Position numbers and translations under genes: made by a program. Shown in pieces: positions 6,839 through 13,398 of a stretch of 41,172 bases of DNA. The notes under the pieces are model-generated. The model made no database searches. It was not told where the DNA came from and saw only the letters and a program-made list of their open reading frames with translations. Every line of letters starts with the position of its first letter. Positions within the stretch are counted from its first letter, which is position 1. The DNA comes from a virus, in the IMG/VR virus record IMGVR_UViG_3300042934_000521, positions 1 through 41,172 of that record; one strand, 5' to 3'.

Positions 6839-7291
6839 CTACTGGGCGGTCTCGCGAGACATTTCCTCGTAGAACTCCAACATGGTTCCAATGTCGATTA
6901 CTGCATTGCAGCGCTGCCCCTCAGGAATCCCGTGGCGCGCCTCCTGCCACGGACGTTCGTTGTGGGTCAAGTTACTGAGCTGATGCGCAGTCATTCCACC
7001 GTAAGCATCGACAACCGCCAACACCGTGCTTTTCTCCGTGTCGGTCAATAGCGCCGGTGTTGCATCTGGGAAGGAGTTCGGTTCGATCTGGAATTGCCCG
7101 CGATGCGCGCGGTAAAGGGCCGGTATTACCGGTCCGTTTGCCCAGGCCTCGATCTCTGACTGAAAAAGGAGTTCGCCTTCGAAGACTAGGTGCCACGCCT
7201 GGGAGTAGTAGGTCAACTTCTGGAGCTTCATGGCGGACATGCCGCCCTTGTTGTCCACGATGAACCGTGCGACATCAATGACTCGAGCCAT
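6839..7291 (-). CDS. Panacea-domain (DUF4065 / SocA-GepA-like) protein, putative antitoxin (150 aa)
   Basis: GGGGAGG RBS is present. The motif MKLQKLTYYSQAWHLVFEGELLFQSEIEAWANGPVIPALY is the family hallmark as I know it. Confidence 0.75.
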   Translation of the reverse strand: MARVIDVARFIVDNKGGMSAMKLQKLTYYSQAWHLVFEGELLFQSEIEAWANGPVIPALYRAHRGQFQIEPNSFPDATPALLTDTEKSTVLAVVDAYGGMTAHQLSNLTHNERPWQEARHGIPEGQRCNAVIDIGTMLEFYEEMSRETAQ

Positions 7292-7306
7292 GACTACCTC
7301 CCCAAA

Positions 7307-7341
7307 TTAATCCACAAACGATCCACAGGTTTATCCACAGG
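7307..7341. repeat. Phased array of DnaA-box-like 9-11-mers (TTAATCCACAA, GATCCACAGG, TTTATCCACAGG); a further copy at 7450-7460
   Basis: Read directly from the sequence. Unit spacing is ~11-12 bp. The array lies 16-50 nt upstream of the panA-like start codon. Confidence 0.7.
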
Positions 7342-7365
7342 ACGGTTTGATTTATCTCAGCCTAG

Positions 7366-7377
7366 TGTATATACACC
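7366..7377. promoter_or_regulatory. Perfect 12-bp palindrome GTGTATATACAC (operator or -10 candidate)
   Basis: Read directly. AT-rich core in a GC-rich intergenic region upstream of the panA-like operon. Confidence 0.4.
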
Positions 7378-7594
7378 CTACGACCTAACCGGCTGGCCGG
7401 ATGCGTTTCAAGTGCATCCTCGCACGTCACTTGCCATTTCACGGCAGAGTTATCCACAGGCTGTCCGTCCAATCGGCCGAACAGGATCGAGGTGTGCATA
7501 GCGAAATTGCGAGGCCCGGCCGGTCTTCCCTTACCTTCCGGACCTCGCGGGATCGAAGCTACCACTCATCGAACAGGTGTGCGAATCTTTAGGT

Positions 7595-7798
7595 ATGCCG
7601 TCGACTGAGCGATCCCCGCAACGCTGCCCGAACGGGCACTCGCTGGCGGCGAACACGTGCCTCGTCGGGTGGGAAGTTTGCGGCTGTGCGACCGCCCACA
7701 ACGGTGGCCACCGGACGCACTACTGCCGAAGGTGTGGTGAGACGATCCGGACGCCCGAATGCTCCGGCGCAGAACCGCAGAAGTCCCGGTGGCACTAA
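7595..7798 (+). CDS. Small zinc-ribbon protein (67 aa; alternative GTG start at 7577)
   Basis: CPNGH...C.C....GGH..HYCRRCG....PEC pattern. GC3 ~80%. The RBS is weak. Confidence 0.55.
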   Translation: MPSTERSPQRCPNGHSLAANTCLVGWEVCGCATAHNGGHRTHYCRRCGETIRTPECSGAEPQKSRWH

Positions 7799-7912
7799 GG
7801 CGTGAGCCGTGAGTGTCAATTGCCGAGCGTTGATTGCCGTGAGTCAACTCGTCGACATTGACTCCGAACGTGTGTGCGAATTTCTGTCGGTGGCTCGGCG
7901 CAATATCTCGGC

Positions 7913-8302
7913 ATGAACTCACCATTCCTCCGCACGCGCTTCCTTAGCAACTACCCGTTTGCGGAACTTTGTAGCCGCGGTTGGCAGCTGTCGTCTGTGT
8001 CTGAGCCGAAGGTGCGGAGGCCGGAAATGGGTCCGATTCGCACCGCGAACTTCGCATGGGGAAATGCAAATTTCACCTTTGACATCAACGCACAGGATCA
8101 GATGAGTGAGTTTGCGACCTACGCTCGCGACGAAGACATCACACTTGTCGCGGAGACCGCCGCTGCGGTCGTGGCCCTTGCCGTCAGCCCTCCCCGGATG
8201 TCGGTCGAGCAACTTTGTGAGATCGACGGTGTGGTGGAGTTCGAATCTCGCTGGAACTCTCCAGCGCCGAAGCTGTTCGAGTGGACAGAATACGGACAGT
8301 GA
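7913..8302 (+). CDS. Hypothetical protein (129 aa from ATG 7913; track start GTG 7874)
   Basis: Track ORF with moderate GC3 and no recognisable motif. The antisense ORF 7919..8428 looks like a GC shadow. Confidence 0.45.
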   Translation: MNSPFLRTRFLSNYPFAELCSRGWQLSSVSEPKVRRPEMGPIRTANFAWGNANFTFDINAQDQMSEFATYARDEDITLVAETAAAVVALAVSPPRMSVEQLCEIDGVVEFESRWNSPAPKLFEWTEYGQ

Positions 8303-8402
8303 GGTCATCGAGAGGGTTCGAATGGCATCGAACCTGATGGAATGAATACGCTGGTGATGGGCATTTGTTGACAAGGGAACAGCGCATATGCGGTAGTCCG
8401 AA

Positions 8403-8430
8403 TAGGGTTCGAAACCCTCCGCGCCCACAA
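8403..8430 (+). other. tRNA 3'-end-like segment (T-arm plus acceptor strand): candidate attP common core
   Basis: TAGGG-TTCGAAA-CCCTC then CGCGCCC-A. No matching 5' acceptor strand lies upstream. It sits ~90 bp from the 3' end of int. Confidence 0.55.
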
Positions 8431-8432
8431 AA

Positions 8433-8468
8433 GCCCCTCATCTGCGAGTGCAGGTGAGGGGCTTTTTT
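8433..8468. terminator. Strong intrinsic terminator after the attP core (usable in both directions)
   Basis: GCCCCTCATCTGC pairs with GCAGGTGAGGGGC (one G-T pair) followed by TTTTTT. AAAA lies upstream. Confidence 0.85.
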
Positions 8469-8518
8469 GTGCCGGAAATCAACGTGGACTCAGCGGGAGC
8501 GGACAGTTTTCGGACAGC

Positions 8519-9646
8519 CTACGAATTGATGACGGCCAGTCGAGCCCGGTCCAGCGCGCTCGCGACGGTGTCCAGATCGTCGTCAAACAGTTCTGCGTAC
8601 ACGTCCAAGGTGAGCGCCGCGGACTCGTGACCGAGCATCCTTTGCACAGCCTTCACGTTTGCGCCCGCTGAGATCGCCAGTGACGCCGCGGTGTGCCGAA
8701 GGTCGTGTGGAGTGATCGTCGGGAGCTCTGCAGCCTCTACGGCTCGGATAAACCACCCGCGTGGCGTCTTCGGCCGGCGCATGAAATCGCCGTCCGGTCC
8801 CGAGAAGACCAGCGACTCGCGACCCTTTCCGACGCACTGCTTCGAGAGCTCGTCGACGAGGAATGCGGGGATGGGGATCGAGCGAGGCTTGTTCGACTTC
8901 GGCGTCCCCACGACGATCTCCGATCCGACTTCTACGGCGTTCCGGCTGACGCTCACGCGCCGGCGCAGAAGGTCGAGGTCGCCAACTTGCAGTCCGATAG
9001 CCTCACCCCATCGGAGGCCGCAGTACGCCAGGAACAGGACGAGGGTCGACCATTCCCCGGCACTATCGGCCAGTGAGGCGACTTGAGCGTGTGTCAGATA
9101 GATCTTCCGCTTCGCAACTTTCCGCGGGAGGTTGTCTACATCGCGAGCCTTGTTCGCGAGGATCTTCCGGTCTCGCACCGCCCGGTCGAGCAAACCGGAC
9201 AGAACAGCGTGCGCACGGATCACCGTCGTCGCGCTTGCAGCCTTCTTGATGATCACTTCCGGATTCGTGGGGTCCCTCTGATCGGTGACTAGGTCCGTGA
9301 TCCAGTCCTCGACCATCGTGACTTCGATGTCCGCAATTCGCACGGTGCCCCACTCGGGCTTTACGTGAACCCTCCACGCCGATTCGAGCGGCTTGTAGGC
9401 CGAGGCCTTCAGCTTCGCCTTCTTGGTGTCGAGCCACGGTTGCGCCAAAGATTCGACTGTGAGCTTCCCGTGCTTCGGGTCCACGAACTCGCCGTCGAGC
9501 TTCCTGACCTCGATGCGATTGGCGAAACTCTCGGCCGCAGGCTTGCTTGGGAATCCTGCTTTGGACCCTTGGGAGCCGTCTGGCTTCATGTAGCGAACCT
9601 TGTACCGCAGGCCCGACTTCGTGTCGTAGGACTTGATGGTTGCCAT
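8519..9646 (-). CDS. int: Tyrosine integrase (375 aa)
   Basis: AAGGAG RBS. N-terminal arm-binding-type domain. C-terminal HDLRHTAASLAISAGANVKAVQRMLGHESAALTLDVYAELF catalytic signature. Confidence 0.95.
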   Translation of the reverse strand: MATIKSYDTKSGLRYKVRYMKPDGSQGSKAGFPSKPAAESFANRIEVRKLDGEFVDPKHGKLTVESLAQPWLDTKKAKLKASAYKPLESAWRVHVKPEWGTVRIADIEVTMVEDWITDLVTDQRDPTNPEVIIKKAASATTVIRAHAVLSGLLDRAVRDRKILANKARDVDNLPRKVAKRKIYLTHAQVASLADSAGEWSTLVLFLAYCGLRWGEAIGLQVGDLDLLRRRVSVSRNAVEVGSEIVVGTPKSNKPRSIPIPAFLVDELSKQCVGKGRESLVFSGPDGDFMRRPKTPRGWFIRAVEAAELPTITPHDLRHTAASLAISAGANVKAVQRMLGHESAALTLDVYAELFDDDLDTVASALDRARLAVINS

Positions 9647-9666
9647 CGACGACTCCTTTCAAGAAT

Positions 9667-9735
9667 CGGACCAATAGCGGACCGATGTCGCCGTTGTGTG
9701 CGAACATATGTTCGAACTGTTCGAGGTTCGAATGG
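9667..9735. promoter_or_regulatory. Regulatory region upstream of int: operator-like site, 14-bp palindrome and GTTCGAR repeats
   Basis: CGGACCAATAGCGGACCG (9667-9684) is the operator arms with a 4-nt rather than 2-nt spacer. CGAACATATGTTCG at 9701-9714. GTTCGAA/GTTCGAG/GTTCGAA at 9710, 9719 and 9727. Confidence 0.45.
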
Positions 9736-9760
9736 TAGGGAAGATCCAAAGGCGGAGTAA

Positions 9761-9973
9761 ATGACAATTGAGGCGGAGCTGCACCGAGCAGTAGTTGTTG
9801 ATCGATCCATCAGTCTTGAGCGCGTAGCGGGACTGACAAAGCGATCGGCGCAACAGGTGCGGCAGCAGATCCTTGGAGAGCGTGAGTTCTCGGTGTCCGA
9901 GATCGTGGTGATCGCTCACGCTCTCCAGTTGGACTGGAAGCTACTGATCCAGTCTTGCAATAGCGCGACCTAG
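9761..9973 (+). CDS. Small XRE-like HTH protein (70 aa)
   Basis: ISLERVAGLTKRSAQQVRQQILGEREFSVSEIVVIAHALQL HTH pattern. Its 3' end overlaps the repressor gene by 33 nt (convergent). Confidence 0.5.
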   Translation: MTIEAELHRAVVVDRSISLERVAGLTKRSAQQVRQQILGEREFSVSEIVVIAHALQLDWKLLIQSCNSAT

Positions 9974-10177
9974 CAACTCAGGTATCTGCTCGCCGAAGAC
10001 TTCACAGATCGCCCCCATTTGAGCCATGTCCGCGGGACGCTCACCATTCTCAAGGCGCTGGATAGTCTTTGAACTCAGGCCCGTCTTCGTGGCCAATGCT
10101 TCCCTGCTGAGGTTCATTCGCGCGCGAGCTGCTCTAATCTCGTCGCCGATCATCCTGTTCAGCTGTTCTATATCCAT
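9941..10177 (-). CDS. Immunity repressor candidate, CI/XRE-type HTH (78 aa)
   Basis: MNLSREALATKTGLSSKTIQRLENGERPADMAQMGAICEVFG. Divergent from a Cro-like gene across an operator-rich spacer. Confidence 0.7.
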   Translation of the reverse strand: MDIEQLNRMIGDEIRAARARMNLSREALATKTGLSSKTIQRLENGERPADMAQMGAICEVFGEQIPELLGRAIARLDQ

Positions 10178-10178
10178 A

Positions 10179-10297
10179 GGTCACATTAGACCACATTTAG
10201 GACCGAAAAGAAACTTCTTTGTCCCGTATGGACCAAGGCGCGTAATCCCATGCTTGACATTTGGTCCGTATGGTCCTTAATCTAGTCCGCATGGTCC
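10179..10297. promoter_or_regulatory. Immunity switch region: divergent promoters plus 14-bp operators
   Basis: GTCCCGTATGGACC (10221-34), GGTCCGTATGGTCC (10263-76) and AGTCCGCATGGTCC (10284-97), plus related GGTCACATTAGACC and GACCACATTTAGGACC (10179-10204). Rightward promoter: TTGACA 10254-59 - 18 nt - TAATCT 10278-83. Leftward -10: TAATGT (10188-10183). Confidence 0.7.
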
Positions 10298-10527
10298 CAA
10301 TCAACGAACTCACCGCAGCGGCCGTGCGAGACGCCAAAAAGGCAGCCGGCGCGACCATTGAATCTCTGTCAGACGCCACCGGAATCCCCACATCGACGTT
10401 GAAGCGTCGACTGAACGGGCAGGTCTCGTTTGGCCTCGATCAGATCGTACTGATCGCGATCGCACTCAACGTTCCTTTCGAACAACTCATCCCGACATCA
10501 GACGCCCTCACTCGGAGCGCGGCATGA
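10291..10527 (+). CDS. Cro-like XRE HTH protein (78 aa from ATG 10291; track start TTG 10261 lies inside the promoter)
   Basis: ATIESLSDATGIPTSTLKRRLNGQVSFGLDQIVLIAIALNV. The ATG lies ~7 nt after the -10, consistent with a leaderless mRNA. Confidence 0.65.
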   Translation: MVPINELTAAAVRDAKKAAGATIESLSDATGIPTSTLKRRLNGQVSFGLDQIVLIAIALNVPFEQLIPTSDALTRSAA

Positions 10528-10754
10528 ACGCCGAGATTCCGCAGACTCCGAAGCAGATTGCACACCTGCTCGGGTGGCAGGGGCCGGGCACGTACACCAG
10601 TCCGTCGTACGACGCAGTCGTGATCGCCTGTCAACGGGGCGAACTCAAGGCCAGGCAGACCGGAAGTCGTAAAAGTCGATGGCTGATTCTGCCGTCCGAC
10701 GCGATCGCTTGGCGATCTGGCGTCAAGCCTCAAAGGCTCAGGCGAACTGCATGA
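10524..10754 (+). CDS. Excisionase-family/MerR-like HTH protein (76 aa); second Xis/RDF candidate
   Basis: ATGA overlap with the upstream gene. TPKQIAHLLGW...RGELKARQTGSRKSRWLILPSDAIAW pattern. Confidence 0.5.
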   Translation: MNAEIPQTPKQIAHLLGWQGPGTYTSPSYDAVVIACQRGELKARQTGSRKSRWLILPSDAIAWRSGVKPQRLRRTA

Positions 10755-10854
10755 GAAAGCCGCCATCTGCGCGAACAGATGACGGCCCGTCGATCACCTC
10801 TGGAAGGAATCTAATGACTGAGACTACCGCATCAATCAGGATCGGGTGGGCCGC

Positions 10855-11601
10855 ATGAGCATTGAACGCTTCACGTACGCCTCGACCGACCTTCACGCCA
10901 CTATCCGCACCATAATCATCGACGGTGAACCTTGGTTCGTCCTCGCGGATCTCTGCAAGGTTCTGGACCTCACAACTCCCGCACGAGTCGCTGAACGCAT
11001 TGACCCAAAGGGTGTGAGCCAGACTCACATCCCTACTGCGGGCGGAACCCAGAAGATCACGATCGTCAGCGAGTCCGGAATGTACGAAGTCGTCTTCCGG
11101 TCAGACAAGCCCGAGGCCGTAACCTTCCGTCGCTGGATCACAGGCACTGTCCTGCCAACGATCCGTAAGACTGGCACCTACTCCACGGTGCCGGCACTGA
11201 CCGACGACGAACTGATCCACCAGGCCCTCTCGATTTCAGCCACTCGCGTGGCTGCACTTACCGAGCGCGTGGCCGAGCTCGAGCCCAAGGCGGAACTCGC
11301 GGAGAACTACCTCACCGCATCAGCCGGCAGTCGACTCGTCGGCGAGGCCGCGAAGATCCTCGGCATGAAGGAGAAGCAGCTGCGAGCTTTCCTGCTCGCC
11401 GAGAAGCTGATCTTCGTCAAGCATGCGACCTGCGGCAATGTTCTGTACGACCACTACTCCGACTTTGCGCCGCACTTCGAGGCGCGCGAGACGGTCGTCA
11501 ATCACACCTGGGGCTCGTGCAATCACTACACGCTTCGCATCACTCCTCGCGGAATCGACTTGATTCGCAAGCGACTTCGTGACCAGGAGGAAGCGGCATG
11601 A
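10855..11601 (+). CDS. Antirepressor, Bro-N domain plus KilAC/ANT-type C-terminal domain (248 aa; alternative GTG 10846)
   Basis: IDGEPWFVLADLCKVLDL...SESGMYEVVFRSDKPEAVTFRRWITGTVLPTIRKTGTY is a classic Bro-N signature. Confidence 0.85.
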   Translation: MSIERFTYASTDLHATIRTIIIDGEPWFVLADLCKVLDLTTPARVAERIDPKGVSQTHIPTAGGTQKITIVSESGMYEVVFRSDKPEAVTFRRWITGTVLPTIRKTGTYSTVPALTDDELIHQALSISATRVAALTERVAELEPKAELAENYLTASAGSRLVGEAAKILGMKEKQLRAFLLAEKLIFVKHATCGNVLYDHYSDFAPHFEARETVVNHTWGSCNHYTLRITPRGIDLIRKRLRDQEEAA

Positions 11602-11816
11602 TCGCCACCACTGCAATGCAGCGTCAGCTCGCCGAGTCCGCGGTCCGGTCACTGTTCGACGCCGAGGATGCGCGGCTCGCGGCGCAACACAATCTCGATT
11701 GCCCTGCCGGTCCGCGTACGGACGAGGAGGAGACGGCCGCGATGCTCGCACTCATCGAAGCGGACAGTGATTTCATCTCCGCGCTCGGCGCCCTCCGAGC
11801 CGCTATCCCGATGTAG
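11598..11816 (+). CDS. Hypothetical protein (72 aa)
   Basis: ATGA overlap with the upstream stop. Track ORF. Confidence 0.55.
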   Translation: MIATTAMQRQLAESAVRSLFDAEDARLAAQHNLDCPAGPRTDEEETAAMLALIEADSDFISALGALRAAIPM

Positions 11817-11934
11817 CACACAGACTCCGGTGGCGTCACCACTGTAGGACCGTGCCGGTCCCGATGGCCGGCAACCCGACGCTACCGGCCCAAACTTCCC
11901 ACACTCCCATTCCTCCTGCGAAGGACATTTTGCG

Positions 11935-12177
11935 ATGACGCATACCCAAAACACCCCGCCAGACAACGCAACTGACTCGAAGCGCGCCGACTTCTGGGAG
12001 CTTCGGCCGCAGCGTGTAGAGCCGCAGTACGTCGGCAAGCATCGTGCCGAGCAGACCGTCGTGAAGGCCCCCGAGGTCGCGTGGTGGGTCTACCTGGTTT
12101 CCATCGTGGGCGTCGCCGCGTTCACGGTCGCGATGGTCTGGCTCTACTCGATCGCACCTATCGGCGGTGCGGCATGA
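11935..12177 (+). CDS. Hypothetical membrane protein (80 aa, one C-terminal TM)
   Basis: Track ORF. WWVYLVSIVGVAAFTVAMVWLYSIAPI. Confidence 0.55.
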   Translation: MTHTQNTPPDNATDSKRADFWELRPQRVEPQYVGKHRAEQTVVKAPEVAWWVYLVSIVGVAAFTVAMVWLYSIAPIGGAA

Positions 12178-12386
12178 GCGAGCACGCGCACGGATTCGAC
12201 AAACGACTGGGCCGCGCCTGCGACACCCCTGGAGGCCCCTGCGAGGACCGCGCAAAGCGTTGCGGTGCACAAATGCCCAACCAGGAAAACAACCTGATCA
12301 AGGTGTCTTGCGGCAAGTTTCACAAACACGGTGGTCAGCACGAGGGCTGGGGCAAAGGCATGAAGCTCGTGGGGTGGGCGTCATGA
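12174..12386 (+). CDS. Hypothetical protein (70 aa)
   Basis: ATGA overlap at 12174-12177. Internal start of track ORF 12081..12386. Confidence 0.5.
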   Translation: MSEHAHGFDKRLGRACDTPGGPCEDRAKRCGAQMPNQENNLIKVSCGKFHKHGGQHEGWGKGMKLVGWAS

Positions 12387-12697
12387 CTTATGACTCACTG
12401 CAAGATCCGGTCAACAGCCCGGACTGGTACGACCAGGAGATCGGCGAACAGGTCGATCACGCTTACGACCGTCTCGTCGCGGACTGTGTCGAACACTTCC
12501 CGGAGCGTGCGCCGGCCGAACCGGTGAAGCACTACATCACATGGAAGTGCGAGACCTGCAGCAAATTGCGGTCCGCCCCCTGCGCTCCCAGTTGCGTGTT
12601 TGGCGGCCAGGCAGACGCCGCCACTTTCAAGCTCGCTCGCATCGAATCCGAGCGTCGAGAGGCGTTCGACGGAGCAATGGACGGAGAGCCGGAATGA
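12383..12697 (+). CDS. Hypothetical protein (104 aa)
   Basis: ATGA overlap at 12383-12386. Internal start of track ORF 12167..12697. Confidence 0.55.
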   Translation: MTYDSLQDPVNSPDWYDQEIGEQVDHAYDRLVADCVEHFPERAPAEPVKHYITWKCETCSKLRSAPCAPSCVFGGQADAATFKLARIESERREAFDGAMDGEPE

Positions 12698-12885
12698 AAC
12701 TCAACGAAGCCATCGTATGCATCGGCAAGCCGGTGATCTACACGCACCCAGCAACTCTCGAAACCGAGCCCGGCATCATCCGCAGCGTCGACAGGGACGG
12801 CCGACAACTGGTCAACGTCCAATACGGCGCCAACATCTGGGCCACTCACCCCGACAACCTCATGATCGATTGGAGTCGACGATGA
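12694..12885 (+). CDS. Hypothetical protein (63 aa)
   Basis: ATGA overlap at 12694-12697. Confidence 0.5.
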   Translation: MKLNEAIVCIGKPVIYTHPATLETEPGIIRSVDRDGRQLVNVQYGANIWATHPDNLMIDWSRR

Positions 12886-13136
12886 ACGTCACCCTATTTT
12901 CGAAGCCCGATTGCAAGCAGTGCGATTTCACCAAGCGTGAGTTCGACAAGCACGGAATCGATTACGTCATCGTTGACGTCACTGCCGATGACGCCGGCCG
13001 ACAGAAGTGCATCGATCTCGGCTACTCGTCAATGCCTGTGGTCCTCGTCGAGTCGGGACAGGAAGTTGCGCACTGGTCGGGCTTCCGGATGGACGAGATC
13101 AAGGCGCTGGCTTACCTGGAAGGGGCGCCGCAGTGA
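12882..13136 (+). CDS. nrdH: NrdH-like glutaredoxin (84 aa)
   Basis: ATGA overlap. VTLFSKPDCKQCDFTK (CxxC) and SSMPVV motifs on a thioredoxin-fold pattern. Confidence 0.8.
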   Translation: MNVTLFSKPDCKQCDFTKREFDKHGIDYVIVDVTADDAGRQKCIDLGYSSMPVVLVESGQEVAHWSGFRMDEIKALAYLEGAPQ

Positions 13137-13249
13137 CCTCACATCTCGATCCGGACGTGGATCCGTTCTCCGAGGAATGCCTTCCCTCCGAACCGGACCC
13201 GTTTCACGAATATGACCCGCGCGATGACGTGAAGGAGTGGCAGAGATGA
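13133..13249 (+). CDS. Possible acidic mini-protein (38 aa)
   Basis: GTGA overlap at 13133-13136. It fills the gap between two coupled genes. Below the track cutoff. Confidence 0.35.
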   Translation: MTSHLDPDVDPFSEECLPSEPDPFHEYDPRDDVKEWQR

Positions 13250-13398
13250 GTGAGCTCGCGGACGGATTCAACCGCACCCAGATCTCTCGCGAAGGCAACA
13301 AGATTCGCATCGACTGCTTCATCGACGACCGGTTCGTCTACAGCGCTCTGCATCTGGTCGAAGACTTTTCCAACACACTCACGGAGGTGATGGCATGA
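13246..13398 (+). CDS. Unlisted hypothetical protein (50 aa)
   Basis: ATGA overlaps at both ends (13246, 13395). Hand translation MSELADGFNRTQISREGNKIRIDCF... has no internal stops. Confidence 0.5.
   Translation: MSELADGFNRTQISREGNKIRIDCFIDDRFVYSALHLVEDFSNTLTEVMA

Noticed and set aside
7362-7565. 67-aa minus-strand ORF, with 7401..7592 and 7190..7501 on the plus strand, in the panA-upstream gap
   Set aside because: Weak codon bias and no RBS. They run through the repeat and palindrome cluster, so regulatory DNA is the more economical reading.
8315-8325. GGTTCGAATGG shared between 8315-8325 and 9725-9735 as possible integrase arm-type sites flanking int
   Set aside because: An 11-mer match is near chance expectation for a 41-kb genome. 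GGTTCGAAT also occurs at ~30963 in the structural operon. The second copy is 1.3 kb from the core, too far for an attP arm.
7919-8428. 169-aa minus-strand ORF spanning the hypothetical gene and the attP core
   Set aside because: Arg/His-rich shadow composition. It would run across the tRNA-like core and conflicts with the better-biased plus-strand ORF.
8340-8430. Possible complete tRNA gene ending at 8427
   Set aside because: A T-arm and a 3' acceptor strand are present. However, no complementary 5' acceptor strand (GGGCGCG) or credible D and anticodon arms lie in the preceding ~75 nt. It was kept only as a partial-tRNA attP core.
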